Source of the DNA: Kiritimatiellia bacterium
GTDB taxonomy: Bacteria; Verrucomicrobiota; Kiritimatiellia; RFP12; JBMNHG01
Direction of reading: 5' to 3'
Assembly (NCBI GenBank): GCA_050950285.1
Contig: JBMNHG010000002.1
Location: 948,654 to 1,012,653 of the forward strand
DNA length: 64,000 bases
Shown here in pieces: positions 49,186 to 61,751 of the stretch. A program made the translations under genes and the position numbers. The notes under the pieces were generated by a model. The model searched no databases and was not told where the DNA came from. It saw nothing but the letters and a program-made list of their open reading frames with translations. The stretch's first letter is position 1, and every line of letters starts with the position of its first letter.

Positions 49186-51747
49186 TCAGGGAGCAAAGAA
49201 TTCGGGCGATGCGAAGAGGTCGAACACGCGTGTGCCTTCGGGAAGGGCCAGGCGGGCGTTGCGGACGGCTTTTCCGTACGGGACGATCGTGCTTGCATCA
49301 ATCCTCAGCACGCCCTTGTTCTCCTTCAGCGCGAAGTGGAGGTTCGTGAATCCCCTGCCCTTCTTCGTGGGAATCAGGAAGACCGCATGGATGGGGCCTT
49401 CCTCGAAGGCCACCTCCTCGCCAAGGTTCCACGATCCCTGGCGCGCCTGGGCGAGCACGGGGCCGCCCGTCACGGTTCCGCGCACGTGCACCGCAACGCC
49501 GCCGTCGAAGTTGTGGCGGATGTGCGCAGGGACAATCGGCATCCAGCGCAGGCGCCGACGCTTCCAGTCGTTGATCGGCAGATCCGCCAGATCGTAGTAC
49601 ATGCTGCTGGCGACGACGGGCTGGCCCTCGACATCGCCCCCGTCCATCTCGTCTTCGCCGACACCCTCCGCAGCGGCCTGCGCCTCTTCCTGGGCTTTCA
49701 ATGCGTCGTCTCGCGTGCAGTCCGCCATCATGAACGAACAGGTCTTCTCTTCCGGAACGAAAAGCCCGAAGAGTCCGGGGATGGAATCCGCGTTGCGGGG
49801 GATTGAGACCTTGATGAAGCCATAGTTGTCGGCGGAAAACCTCATGTCTTGCGAAAAGCAGGCGTCCCGCCGTGCCTTGTCGGTTTGGGTCCCCCAGAAG
49901 AGGGCCAGCAGGGCCGTCGCCGCCGCCGCACCGTGAAGCGCCGTGCGCACGGCGGGGCGGCGTGCCGCGAAGAGGAGCGTGGACGTCGCCAGAACCGCCC
50001 CGGTGAAGAGCGACCCGTAACGAAGCGTCGCCGACGAATCCACTCCCGGCGCATCCGCGAAAGGCTGCCAGAAGGTCGCGAACCCCGGATACCGCAGAAG
50101 ATTTTCCGGAAGGCGGATCAGTCCGCCGTTGCAGGCGAAGGGACGGAACCCGACGGCCAGGAAGAAGAAGACTCCGAGCAACGACAGGAAGAGGAACCAC
50201 ACGCGGGCGGGTCGCGATGCGCCCGTCAGCACAAGCGCCGCCGCCGGAAGCGAGACGGGAAGCGTCTGCAGCAGGTAGCGCCCCGGCGTGCAGGCTCCCC
50301 CGAGCGCGGCGGTAGTGCTGCAGCAGGTGACGAGGACGATCGCGAAGGCGAAAGCTGCGTAGGCTCCGGCCCGCGACGAACGCCCCTTGAGGAACAGGCA
50401 GACCGGAATCGCGGGCAACACCGCGAGAAGCATGGGAATCACCGCACCGAGCCCCCTCCGATAGGCGATGATCAGCCACATCGCGGCAGGATAGGCGAAA
50501 AAGACCTTTTCGTAGTCGTAGGCGCCGCCGGAGGAGAACATCCTGGAATGGACGTATAGCAGCGTGAACCCAAAGACGGCATAGATTGCCCCGAAGAGCA
50601 CAAGACGCCCGATTCTGGCGGCGAGCCGCTCCTCCCGGGCAAAGAACAACGTCTCGATCCCGAAACACGCGGCAAGAGCCAGGCTAAGCGGCGCGAAGCG
50701 GATGTGCGCCCACGGCAGGTAGCCGGCGCAGGCCGCAGCGACCACCGTCGCGGCGGCGCGCCGCTTCGGATCGGTTGTCGCAAAGGTCGCCCACAAGGCC
50801 CACGCCGCAAGCCCGCACCCCAGGATCTCCGGCAGGAACTGGACCGCGTTGTAGAGCCACCCGCAGGTGAGCACAAAGAGCCATGAGACCGTCGCCCCGG
50901 TCTTCCGCCCCGCGCCCGACGCAAGCACCGCAGCCCTGCATCCTGCCGCCGAAAGCGCCGCGACAAGGCAGAGGAAAAGAAGGTTCCCCGCGTTCGTCCC
51001 CAGATAGCCGAAGGGCCAGGAAAGCAATGGAAGCCCGCACGAGTGGTAGCTGTAGTACCGCCCCTCGCGATTCCGCTTTATATGGGAGTGGGAGGCAAAG
51101 CCGTCTATGTTCTCCGGCGGAATCCCACGCTCCTCCATGAACACGTGGAGTTCGCGCGTGAGGTCGAGATCCCCGTCCTCCATCAGACTCTTCTGTTGCA
51201 GGACGTAGTGCTTCTCGTCCCCGCCGTGGCCGCCGACCCTCTCGATCACGCCGAAGCCGAACACCAGCAGGAACACGAAATACGCGGCGACGCTCCACGT
51301 GAAAATCCGGTATCCCCCACCCTCCTCTGCCTTCTCTTCGGGAAGACACCTCTCCAGAGCAAGCGCGGCGGCGAACGTGAACCCGATCGGCACGAAAAGC
51401 CCGGCGAGAACGACCCCCGTCCACGCCACCGCATACGACGCCAGCGCCAGCGGCGTGAACCACGCAAGCGGGCTCAGCCTGCCAACCCACTTCGCAAGAC
51501 GCGACGCCGGCACGCGAGGCTTCCCGAACGAGACAAAAACCGCCGCCGCTACAGACAACCCCAACGCAAAGGGATATGCCGCGACAAGCCAGGCAGCGCG
51601 CCATGCGCTCACGTACGCCCCGTTCGCCGCATACGTCGTCTCGCAAAGCGGCGCGTATACGAGCGCCGCCCCGCCGACGGCCAAAACGAAAAGCAACACC
51701 GCCCTCGCGATGTCGCGGACGTTGCGTGTTTCTCCTGTTCTATGCAT
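49186..51747 (-). CDS. Polytopic membrane protein, probable GT-C glycosyltransferase
   Basis: GGDEKHY..SLMEDGDLDL loop, many TM helices, GRYLL motif; operon with two GT2 genes. Confidence 0.75.
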   Translation of the reverse strand: MHRTGETRNVRDIARAVLLFVLAVGGAALVYAPLCETTYAANGAYVSAWRAAWLVAAYPFALGLSVAAAVFVSFGKPRVPASRLAKWVGRLSPLAWFTPLALASYAVAWTGVVLAGLFVPIGFTFAAALALERCLPEEKAEEGGGYRIFTWSVAAYFVFLLVFGFGVIERVGGHGGDEKHYVLQQKSLMEDGDLDLTRELHVFMEERGIPPENIDGFASHSHIKRNREGRYYSYHSCGLPLLSWPFGYLGTNAGNLLFLCLVAALSAAGCRAAVLASGAGRKTGATVSWLFVLTCGWLYNAVQFLPEILGCGLAAWALWATFATTDPKRRAAATVVAAACAGYLPWAHIRFAPLSLALAACFGIETLFFAREERLAARIGRLVLFGAIYAVFGFTLLYVHSRMFSSGGAYDYEKVFFAYPAAMWLIIAYRRGLGAVIPMLLAVLPAIPVCLFLKGRSSRAGAYAAFAFAIVLVTCCSTTAALGGACTPGRYLLQTLPVSLPAAALVLTGASRPARVWFLFLSLLGVFFFLAVGFRPFACNGGLIRLPENLLRYPGFATFWQPFADAPGVDSSATLRYGSLFTGAVLATSTLLFAARRPAVRTALHGAAAATALLALFWGTQTDKARRDACFSQDMRFSADNYGFIKVSIPRNADSIPGLFGLFVPEEKTCSFMMADCTRDDALKAQEEAQAAAEGVGEDEMDGGDVEGQPVVASSMYYDLADLPINDWKRRRLRWMPIVPAHIRHNFDGGVAVHVRGTVTGGPVLAQARQGSWNLGEEVAFEEGPIHAVFLIPTKKGRGFTNLHFALKENKGVLRIDASTIVPYGKAVRNARLALPEGTRVFDLFASPEFFAP

Positions 51748-52720
51748 CTTGTCGTCGACTCCTTTTCCCGTGGATGCCCGCATGGATCCTCGCGAGGGAT
51801 CTCGCGACAACGTGCGAGCGGAGAAGATACTGCATCGACCCAACCAGCCCCGCCCCGGCAGCCGCTTTCAGGACGGGCGTCCAAGGGGCGGAGCCTCCGG
51901 TTCCACGCGACGAAAGAAAGACGTTGGCCTGGATGCCCAGTTCGGCAACCGCGCGGCAGCGGCGCGCCGCTCGAGGCGACAGGAGATTGTCCGCCGCCGG
52001 CGCAAAGCGATCGACCACCCTTCTCAGGTTCTCCGCATACTCCGCCTGCTTCTCGGCAAACCCGACGGTCTGCGAATCCGGATGGATGCGGAAGAAGGCA
52101 AGCGTTCCCCGAAGATGGAGGACGTCGCCGGCGAGGGCGAGCCGAAGCCAGAAGTCCCAGTCCGCCGTGTACCGAAGTCCTTCGTCGAGGGGGCCAATCT
52201 TCTCGAGTGCCTGCCGGGCAAAGGCGGTGCCGGGAACCATGACGACGTTCTGCGCGAGAAGGCGCGGCAGGATGTATGCGGCATTGTGGCGCCCCGCCGC
52301 GAAGGGCTGGAAGAATCCGCCGAGGTTTTCACCCTTGGGCCCGATGTAGCCGATGGCATGGGTTACGAGCGGAACGCCTGGATTCGCCTCCGCCGCCGCC
52401 TTCACGCGGGCGAATTTGTCCGGCGCAAAGGCGTCGTCCTGATGGAGGAAGCAAACGAAGCGGCCGCGGCATCCGCCGAGGGCCTTGTTGGTGGAGGCGA
52501 CCCAGTTGCCTTTGCACGCGCCGCCAATGATACGGAGGGGAAGCCTTCCAGCAAAAGAATCGAGGATCGCACGGGAGTCGTCCGTCGAGGCGTCGTCCGC
52601 CGCAATCACTTCGAACCCCCCGTCGAAGCCGCGCTGGCCCTCAAGCGATTCGAGGGCACGGCGAACGTAGCGCCCGCCGTTGTATACCGGCATGACGACC
52701 GAAAAGAAGGGCTCGCTCAC
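51740..52720 (-). CDS. Glycosyltransferase family 2
   Basis: FSVVMPVYNG, DDASTD, FLHQDD, DWDFWLR; GTGA overlap. Confidence 0.9.
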   Translation of the reverse strand: MSEPFFSVVMPVYNGGRYVRRALESLEGQRGFDGGFEVIAADDASTDDSRAILDSFAGRLPLRIIGGACKGNWVASTNKALGGCRGRFVCFLHQDDAFAPDKFARVKAAAEANPGVPLVTHAIGYIGPKGENLGGFFQPFAAGRHNAAYILPRLLAQNVVMVPGTAFARQALEKIGPLDEGLRYTADWDFWLRLALAGDVLHLRGTLAFFRIHPDSQTVGFAEKQAEYAENLRRVVDRFAPAADNLLSPRAARRCRAVAELGIQANVFLSSRGTGGSAPWTPVLKAAAGAGLVGSMQYLLRSHVVARSLARIHAGIHGKRSRRQDA

Positions 52721-53850
52721 TGCTTTCGCCTTGTCTCCACATGGAGTTCGAGCATGCTCACCATCAGCGAGTTCATGATCGACAGAAGCCCTGCGATGAA
52801 AAGAGCCAGCGAGATGGCGCCTTCGCGCACCGCGAACAGCTCGCCGCGTCCGGCCGAAAGCCATTTCGAAGCAACCACGGCGAAGACCGCGATTCCGGCG
52901 ATGACGAGAAGCCCGCCCGCAATCAACCATTTGTCGAGCGGGAAGCGCGCCTGCTCCACCTCCTCGAGCCCAATGAAGCTCCGGAAGCGATCGGCAAAGG
53001 AGGAAAACCACAACAACTGAATCCCGACCGCGAAGAGCGGGACCGTGTAGAAGAGGTGATGATAGTCGAAGACGATGCGCCCGATCGTCACCGGACCGAA
53101 GGACAATGCAACCGTGGCAAGACCAAAGAAGGATGTCAAAATCCACCCGGGGATGCGGAAGACGACATGCGGCGCCATCAGGAGGATGAAGCGGAGATGA
53201 CGCCACCCGTCTCGCCATGTGTTAAGGTGGGGCTCGCGGTCGCGAATGTCTTTCGCAAGCGAAACCGGGGTCTCCGTAACGCGCAACTTCGCCTTCGCCG
53301 CCTTGATGAGCATCTCCGAGGCGAACTCCATGCCGCCGGAGACGAGATTCATCTTCTCGAAGGCATCCTTGGAGAAGGCGCGCAAACCGCAATTGCAGTC
53401 GGTGATCGGAAGGCCGAAAAAGACGCGGATGAGAAAGGTTAGGACAGGCGTGCCGAGATAGCGGTGTAGGAAGGGCATGGCCCCCTTCTCGATCTTGCCG
53501 CGAAGACGGCTTCCCATCGCGAGGTCGCATTCGCCCCTGGCGATGGATTCAACGAGCGGCGCCGCCTCGCGGAAGTCATAGGTGGCGTCGGCGTCGCCCA
53601 TGACGATGATGTCTCCCTTGGCATCGCGAATGCCGTGCAGAAGGGCGAATCCATATCCCTTGCGTGGCGCGTTCACGACACGCGCGCCGCAGGACTCGGC
53701 GATTTTCTGCGATCCGTCGGTCGATCCGTTGTCCGACACGACGATCTCGCCGTCGCCGCCTGCGGCGGAGACGAGGCCTTGGGCCAGTCCAATGGCAGCT
53801 TCAAGCGTCGCGGATTCATTGAGGCAGGGGATGACAACGGAAAGTTTCAT
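52717..53850 (-). CDS. GT2 polyprenol-phosphate glycosyltransferase (DPM1/GtrB-like) with C-terminal TM segments
   Basis: SVVIPCLNE, DNGSTD, KGYG, MGDADATY, GSR, DCNCGLRAF, FASEM. Confidence 0.92.
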   Translation of the reverse strand: MKLSVVIPCLNESATLEAAIGLAQGLVSAAGGDGEIVVSDNGSTDGSQKIAESCGARVVNAPRKGYGFALLHGIRDAKGDIIVMGDADATYDFREAAPLVESIARGECDLAMGSRLRGKIEKGAMPFLHRYLGTPVLTFLIRVFFGLPITDCNCGLRAFSKDAFEKMNLVSGGMEFASEMLIKAAKAKLRVTETPVSLAKDIRDREPHLNTWRDGWRHLRFILLMAPHVVFRIPGWILTSFFGLATVALSFGPVTIGRIVFDYHHLFYTVPLFAVGIQLLWFSSFADRFRSFIGLEEVEQARFPLDKWLIAGGLLVIAGIAVFAVVASKWLSAGRGELFAVREGAISLALFIAGLLSIMNSLMVSMLELHVETRRKQ

Positions 53851-53858
53851 GAGCAACC

Positions 53859-53888
53859 AGTATACACGTTACGCATGATCATTTGCAA
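53859..53888 (-). promoter_or_regulatory. sigma70-like promoter, probably leaderless transcript
   Basis: TTGCAA-18 nt-TATACT, 8 nt before ATG 53850. Confidence 0.55.
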
Positions 53889-53976
53889 CGCACCCAAAAA
53901 CGAGACGGGAAACAGGGAAGCGTGGCTTCACGAAACAAATTCCCCCATGGGCCTTCCTGGTCCGTTTGGGGGGCAT

Positions 53977-54597
53977 TTACGTTGGCCGTTGGCGGGTGAA
54001 GGGAACGAAACGCACCGGCAGAACGGGCGTCTCGCGGAACTTCTCCGGCCCCAGTTTCTCGCCCAGGACCAGCTGCTGCACGCCGCCCGGTTCGCCAACC
54101 GGGATCACCATGCGCCCGCCCGTCTTCAACTGCCCGATCAGAGGTGGCGGGATCTCCGGCGCGGCGGCCGTGACGAGGATGGCATCGTAGGGCGCCTGCG
54201 ACGGCCAGCCGTGGTAGCCATCCCCCCGGATCACCTCGACGTTCCGATAACCGGCCTTCCGCAGGCGCTCTTGCGCGGCCTTCGCCAGCGGCGCGACGAT
54301 CTCGATCGTGTAGACCTTCCGTACCAGCTCGGCCAGCACGGCGGCCTGGTAGCCGGAGCCGGCGCCGATCTCAAGCACGGTGAATTCCGGTTCCGGACGG
54401 ATGAGTTCCGTCATCAGGCCAACGATGTAGGGCTGGGAGATCGTCTGCCCGTGCCCGATCGGCAAGGGGGTGTCGTCATAGGCCGCCTCCCTGCAAGCCT
54501 CCGGCACGAAACAATGGCGCGGCACCTGCCGCATCGCGGCCAGCACGGAGGGCATGCGCACGCCGCGCGCCTCGATCTGCGAACCTACCATGTCCAT
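53977..54597 (-). CDS. pcm: Protein-L-isoaspartate O-methyltransferase (start uncertain)
   Basis: VPRHCFVP, GQTISQPYIV, VLEIGAGSGYQAA, APYDAILVTAA, VRFVP. Confidence 0.95.
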   Translation of the reverse strand: MDMVGSQIEARGVRMPSVLAAMRQVPRHCFVPEACREAAYDDTPLPIGHGQTISQPYIVGLMTELIRPEPEFTVLEIGAGSGYQAAVLAELVRKVYTIEIVAPLAKAAQERLRKAGYRNVEVIRGDGYHGWPSQAPYDAILVTAAAPEIPPPLIGQLKTGGRMVIPVGEPGGVQQLVLGEKLGPEKFRETPVLPVRFVPFTRQRPT

Positions 54598-54870
54598 GAA
54601 AACACCTCTCCCGATGGAGCCGGTTTGCCACGCCCCCATGCAGCGGAGGCGCAGGCAATCCCTGCCCAAACGCAAGGTAGCCCGACCGGCGCGCGAAGTC
54701 AAGGCCGTCACGGGAACATCGCGGAAAGCCATCACGAAAACAAAAGTTTGTTTTCCATCCAATGAATGAGATGCTATACTTGTGGTTTTCGCGAAATCAT
54801 CCGCCCGGTCGGCAACGTGAGGAACAGGCTCCCTTCCCAGCGGCGTCCGGCGCATGAAACAGACAGAACC

Positions 54871-57251
<2,381 letters not shown>

Positions 57252-57256
57252 CCACC

Positions 57257-58177
57257 ATGCGTGTCCTGGTAACGGGAGCGGCGGGGTTCGTAGGCCGCCA
57301 TCTCCTGACCGCGTTGCGCGCGGCGGGTCACGAGCCCCTTCCCACGAACATCCGTGCCGACCCGTCTGCCTGCATCGCGGCGCTCGACATCCGAGATGCC
57401 GACGCCGTCGATGCCGCCATCGGCCGTCTAAAGCCCGACGCCTGCATCCACCTTGCCGGCATCTCCTTCGTGCCCGACGCGATCCGCGACCCGCTGGCGC
57501 TCGATGCCATCAACGTCGCCGGGACGCTGCATGTGGCGCAGGCCCTGCTGCGCCACGTGCCGCAGGCACGGATGCTTTTCATCTCCACCTCCCAGGTCTA
57601 CGGCACGCGGAACCTGGCCGGCGCGCGCCGCGAGAGCGACCCCCTCGATCCCGCCTCGCCCTATGCCGGCTCCAAGGCCCGCGCCGAGGCCGCCCTGCTG
57701 GAACTGGCGGCACACCGGAACCTCGATGTGGTCATCGCCCGTCCCGGCAACCATACCGGGCCGGGACAGGCGCCCAAGTTCGTCGCGCCCGCCTTCGCCG
57801 CAGCCCTCCGCGACTTCCGCGACGGGCGCCTGGCGTCGATCGCCGTCGGCAACCTCGACAGCGAACGCGACTTCAGCGATGTCCGCGACGTGGTGGCGGC
57901 CTACCTCCTGCTGCTGGAGAAGGGCGAGACCGGCGGCATCTACAACGTCTCCTCCGGCAATCACGTGCGTATCGGCACCCTGCTGACGGAACTCGCCAGG
58001 ATTGCCGGGGTCACTCCCGTGACGCACGTGGAGCCCTCCCGCTACCGTCCCACCGATGCCGTACCGAAGCTCGACACCACCCGGATGCGGGCGCTCGGCT
58101 GGCGGCCAGCCTACCCGCTCGGGCGAACCCTCGCGGATCTGTGGCAGGAGATGGAGGGCGGGACGGCCGCAAGGTGA
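57257..58177 (+). CDS. rmd: NAD-dependent epimerase/reductase, probably GDP-6-deoxy-D-mannose (D-rhamnose) reductase
   Basis: VTGAAGFVG, SPYAGSK, NHTGPGQ, GNLDSERDFSDVRD; directly after gmd. Confidence 0.75.
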   Translation: MRVLVTGAAGFVGRHLLTALRAAGHEPLPTNIRADPSACIAALDIRDADAVDAAIGRLKPDACIHLAGISFVPDAIRDPLALDAINVAGTLHVAQALLRHVPQARMLFISTSQVYGTRNLAGARRESDPLDPASPYAGSKARAEAALLELAAHRNLDVVIARPGNHTGPGQAPKFVAPAFAAALRDFRDGRLASIAVGNLDSERDFSDVRDVVAAYLLLLEKGETGGIYNVSSGNHVRIGTLLTELARIAGVTPVTHVEPSRYRPTDAVPKLDTTRMRALGWRPAYPLGRTLADLWQEMEGGTAAR

Positions 58178-58288
58178 TCGAACCGGCCTGCCGTCCAGGT
58201 CGTTTCCAGGTCGTTTCCAGCGTTTTCACGTTGTCAGGATCACGCTTTGGGCGTAATCTGGCGTCTCATCGATCGACAGCAGCAAACC

Positions 58289-60499
58289 ATGAAGTGCTTA
58301 ACCGTATTCCACTTGCAGTCCGAACCCCTTGATGCGGAGAGCGAACAGAAACTCGCCGACGGATTGTCCGATATTTTCCGCGCCTTTTGCAGCGAGACCT
58401 TCCCGTCCGAAGAGCCGATCGACTGGCCGCCGCTGAAAATCGTTGCAGCCCGAAGCGCCCGCGAGTTCCGCGAAAAGCTCCTGCGGTCCGACCTCGAAGA
58501 GGGCATGCTGACCGACGACGGGGAAAACTGCGTACTCTTCCTGCTCGACGACGCTTTCAAGTCCGGCGAGCCTGGCGCGAAGGCGGTGCCGCTGCACGCC
58601 ATCACCCTCGACAACCTCCCGCTGACGCAATGGCTGTATACCGTTTTCCCCGCCATTCCGAAGGTCGTCCTCACGACGCCCGGCGCCGAACGCGTGCGCG
58701 TGCCGTCGCGCCGCTGGGTCATGAAGCCACGCTCCGCGTTCCTTCCCATCGGAGCCCACACCCCGCGCATCCGGCACCTGTTCCGCGCCTTGTGGGAGCC
58801 CCGCTTCTGGCATGCCCTGCGCCATTACGTCATGGAACAGGCCGGAACCTCCTGGCACACGCCCGGCCACAACGCGGGGCACGCCTTCAGCCGCTCCCTG
58901 TTCCTGCAAGGCTTCCGGCAGGAGTACGGCTCGATGACCTTCCGGGCCGACCTGAGCGTATCGGTGCAATCGCTGGGAGACCTCTCCGAGCCCGACTCCC
59001 GCAGCTCCCTGGCAAACGCCCAGCGCCTGACCTCGGAGATTTTCGGCTCGGCCCAAAGCTACTACATCACCAACGGCTCGACCACCGCGAACAAGGCCAT
59101 GCTGATGACGTTGCTGCGGCCGGGCGAAACCGTGCTGCTGGACCGCAACTGCCACAAATCGGTCCACCATGCCGTGGTCATGGCCGGCGCCGTGCCCAAC
59201 TACCTTCCGGCCAGGTTCAACACGGAACTGGGGGTGTGGGGGCCGGTGGCCATGGCCGACATCCGGCAGGCGCTGTCCGCCCGCTATGCCGACCATGACA
59301 AGCCCCGCATCCTGATTCTCACCACCTGCACGTACGAAGGCGTGCTGTACCCGGTGTGGGAAATCGCCCGCCTCTGCGAACGGCACGGCATCCTTTTCTA
59401 CGCGGACGAGGCATGGGCGCCGTACCTGAGCTTCCACCCGTACTACATGGCCGTGGCCGCCAACGGCAAACTTGTGCGCTATAACGCCATCCACGAGACG
59501 ACCAGCGCCCATTTCGCGGTGCAGTCGACGCACAAGACACTGGCCGCCTTCAGCCAGGCTTCCATGATCCATGTCTCCTTCCGCTTCAAGCAGCTTTTCG
59601 AGAGTGAAGCCGCGGACTGGAAGTGGCTGCGCGATCGTTTCGCCATCAATGGCCGCGGAGCCTACGAGAAATTCAACCATGACCTTCACGAGGTGTTGCG
59701 CTACTGGCACTCCACCTCGCCGCATTACCCCATGATGGCCACGCTCGACTGCGCCGGCGTGCAGATGCGCCTGGAAGGCCTGCGGCTGATCGAGGAACGC
59801 CTGCGCTGGGTAAGCGACTTCAAGCGGCAGGTCTCGCAAGCCTGCGGCCTGCCGGAAAACGAGTGCTTCCCGGGACTGGGGGAAATCGTCGGCAAGGCTT
59901 CGGAGGCCGATTACACGCGCGAGGGCTACCTGCACGACCCCTTGAAAATGATGGTGTCGTTCAAATCCCCCGAAGCCTGCATGAAGTTCAAGAAACTGTT
60001 GCATTCCTGCAAGATACAGTGGGAAAAGTCAACGCCGGTCACCCTCCTTTTCCTGGTGACCGTAGGCACCGTCGAGGAGCACTTCCGGTACCTGTTCCGC
60101 GCCATCATGCAGATGCCGGAAAGCGTGGGGCTTCCGGAGCGCGCCGCCTTCGGACCGGAAGTGGCCGATGCGGTCAAAGGCCAGGCCGTGGCCCTGCCCC
60201 GCGATGCCGCCTTGTGCGACGGCGAGCTGCTCGAGCTGTCGTTGACCGAAGGACGCATCTGCAGCCAGCTGCTCGTTCCCTACCCTCCGGGCATACCGGT
60301 CTTCCTCCCCGGACTGATGATCACGCGCCCGATGATCGAACTGGTGCAGAACATTGCGGACAGCGAAGGCCCGGACGCGGTACATGGGCTTTTCGTGCGC
60401 AGCAAGCGTTACTACGTGGAAGTCGTGAGGCACGACGAGGAAGATAAAATCCGATGGCTGCCCAGGTCGGCTGCGGCCGGCGGCCTGCGCCAGAAGTAG
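58289..60499 (+). CDS. PLP-dependent Lys/Orn/Arg decarboxylase (fold type I)
   Basis: WHTPGHNAG, TNGSTTAN, DRNCHKS, DEAW, QSTHKTL, STSPHYP, PYPPGIP. Confidence 0.92.
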   Translation: MKCLTVFHLQSEPLDAESEQKLADGLSDIFRAFCSETFPSEEPIDWPPLKIVAARSAREFREKLLRSDLEEGMLTDDGENCVLFLLDDAFKSGEPGAKAVPLHAITLDNLPLTQWLYTVFPAIPKVVLTTPGAERVRVPSRRWVMKPRSAFLPIGAHTPRIRHLFRALWEPRFWHALRHYVMEQAGTSWHTPGHNAGHAFSRSLFLQGFRQEYGSMTFRADLSVSVQSLGDLSEPDSRSSLANAQRLTSEIFGSAQSYYITNGSTTANKAMLMTLLRPGETVLLDRNCHKSVHHAVVMAGAVPNYLPARFNTELGVWGPVAMADIRQALSARYADHDKPRILILTTCTYEGVLYPVWEIARLCERHGILFYADEAWAPYLSFHPYYMAVAANGKLVRYNAIHETTSAHFAVQSTHKTLAAFSQASMIHVSFRFKQLFESEAADWKWLRDRFAINGRGAYEKFNHDLHEVLRYWHSTSPHYPMMATLDCAGVQMRLEGLRLIEERLRWVSDFKRQVSQACGLPENECFPGLGEIVGKASEADYTREGYLHDPLKMMVSFKSPEACMKFKKLLHSCKIQWEKSTPVTLLFLVTVGTVEEHFRYLFRAIMQMPESVGLPERAAFGPEVADAVKGQAVALPRDAALCDGELLELSLTEGRICSQLLVPYPPGIPVFLPGLMITRPMIELVQNIADSEGPDAVHGLFVRSKRYYVEVVRHDEEDKIRWLPRSAAAGGLRQK

Positions 60500-60630
60500 A
60501 GACGTGGTGCGGCCCAGGCCCTTTGTGGCGCGCTAGACTTGCTCCCGGACGAAATCATCCTGTATGGGCGCCTTCTTGCAAGAATCGATTCGACTGCCGT
60601 ACAGGCAGGTTTAGGCGAACCTCCGTTTTA

Positions 60631-60780
60631 CTAACCCGGCCACAAATAGCGTTGCTCACGGAGATTCAGGCATGGGGAGCTGGAATTTGGAGTTGGAAAA
60701 GGGGCATGGACATTCCTGTCCGTGTCACGGGTTGGAAAACCCGTGCCCCTGTTTTGCGGTATGAATTGTGGCCGAGTTAG
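60631..60780. mobile_element. MITE family 1, copy C (150 bp, TA-flanked)
   Basis: TA|CTAACCCGGCCACAA ... TTGTGGCCGAGTTAG|TA with a single 66-bp unit. Confidence 0.88.
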
Positions 60781-60784
60781 TAAC

Positions 60785-61744
60785 CTAATTGCCTAACCCT
60801 GCCGTGTCCCTGCTGCCATGCGACATGGCATGGACAATGGGACTCAAGTCTTCAATCACCATTCTGGTGCGAAGTACGACCCCCTCCCCTGTCAGATGAT
60901 ACGGTGTGCCCGAAATAAGGTTATCATCAAAGCGATATCGCCGCGCAGGAACGAGGAAAGGTATTCCGCGCAGCCTGAGCTCCCGTTCGATGCGGTCAAT
61001 ATGCATTTGCAGGTTGTCAAACGAAGTACCCTGCAAGACAGGCGGCATAAGCACGCAAGTGGCCCCCTGTTCCTGGACAAAGCGAATAAAAAACTCAAGA
61101 TAATCCATCGCAACTGCATACGATCCGTCAAGCGTCCCGTCGTCTCTGAACGGCAAAGCCGGTATCGCAGGCTTATCCCACTGCTCGGTGCAATCGCCAT
61201 AGGCATTGAAATTGGCACACACATCTGTGGTGCTCCTTCGAAAAGAATTCCACTGATTCAATTTCCTGGCCGCATAACTTGGCATAAACTGTGCCTGATG
61301 TATCCAATGCCGGAAGGACAGCAACTTGCGTCTTGACGGCATGACATCAAAAACGACCCCCAGCAGTTCTTTGTTACCGTAAAAACTGTTTTTTACAAAC
61401 TGTTGATACTCGGGCACAACAACAATCAGATCGCCGGGCATGATGTGAGGTTGCACCTCTTGTAGCATATAGCGCAAACCCAGTCCGGCATGCAATCCCA
61501 TGTTAGCAACCGGCAACCCAAATTCGACATGCAAAAGGTGGCTGTCCAGGCCATAGCTCAAATTGCTGCCGCCAACCAACACAATTTTCGGGGAACCAGC
61601 AGTCCGCAACATCGTGTCTTTAACAGGAACCATTCCGAGCATGCTTTCGCGAACCCTTTGACTTGGCAGAAGAAAGAGCGACAGAGCCAGGATAAACGCC
61701 ACAAGAGACGCAAATCCGGAAAGTTTAATCAAGAAACGTCGCAT
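60785..61744 (-). CDS. MBOAT partner protein (SGNH-like, AlgJ/DltD-type role)
   Basis: N-terminal TM, IVLVGGSNLSYGLDS, NMGLHAG, GTPYHL; follows the MBOAT gene. Confidence 0.75.
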   Translation of the reverse strand: MRRFLIKLSGFASLVAFILALSLFLLPSQRVRESMLGMVPVKDTMLRTAGSPKIVLVGGSNLSYGLDSHLLHVEFGLPVANMGLHAGLGLRYMLQEVQPHIMPGDLIVVVPEYQQFVKNSFYGNKELLGVVFDVMPSRRKLLSFRHWIHQAQFMPSYAARKLNQWNSFRRSTTDVCANFNAYGDCTEQWDKPAIPALPFRDDGTLDGSYAVAMDYLEFFIRFVQEQGATCVLMPPVLQGTSFDNLQMHIDRIERELRLRGIPFLVPARRYRFDDNLISGTPYHLTGEGVVLRTRMVIEDLSPIVHAMSHGSRDTAGLGN

Positions 61745-61751
61745 AGAGCCT

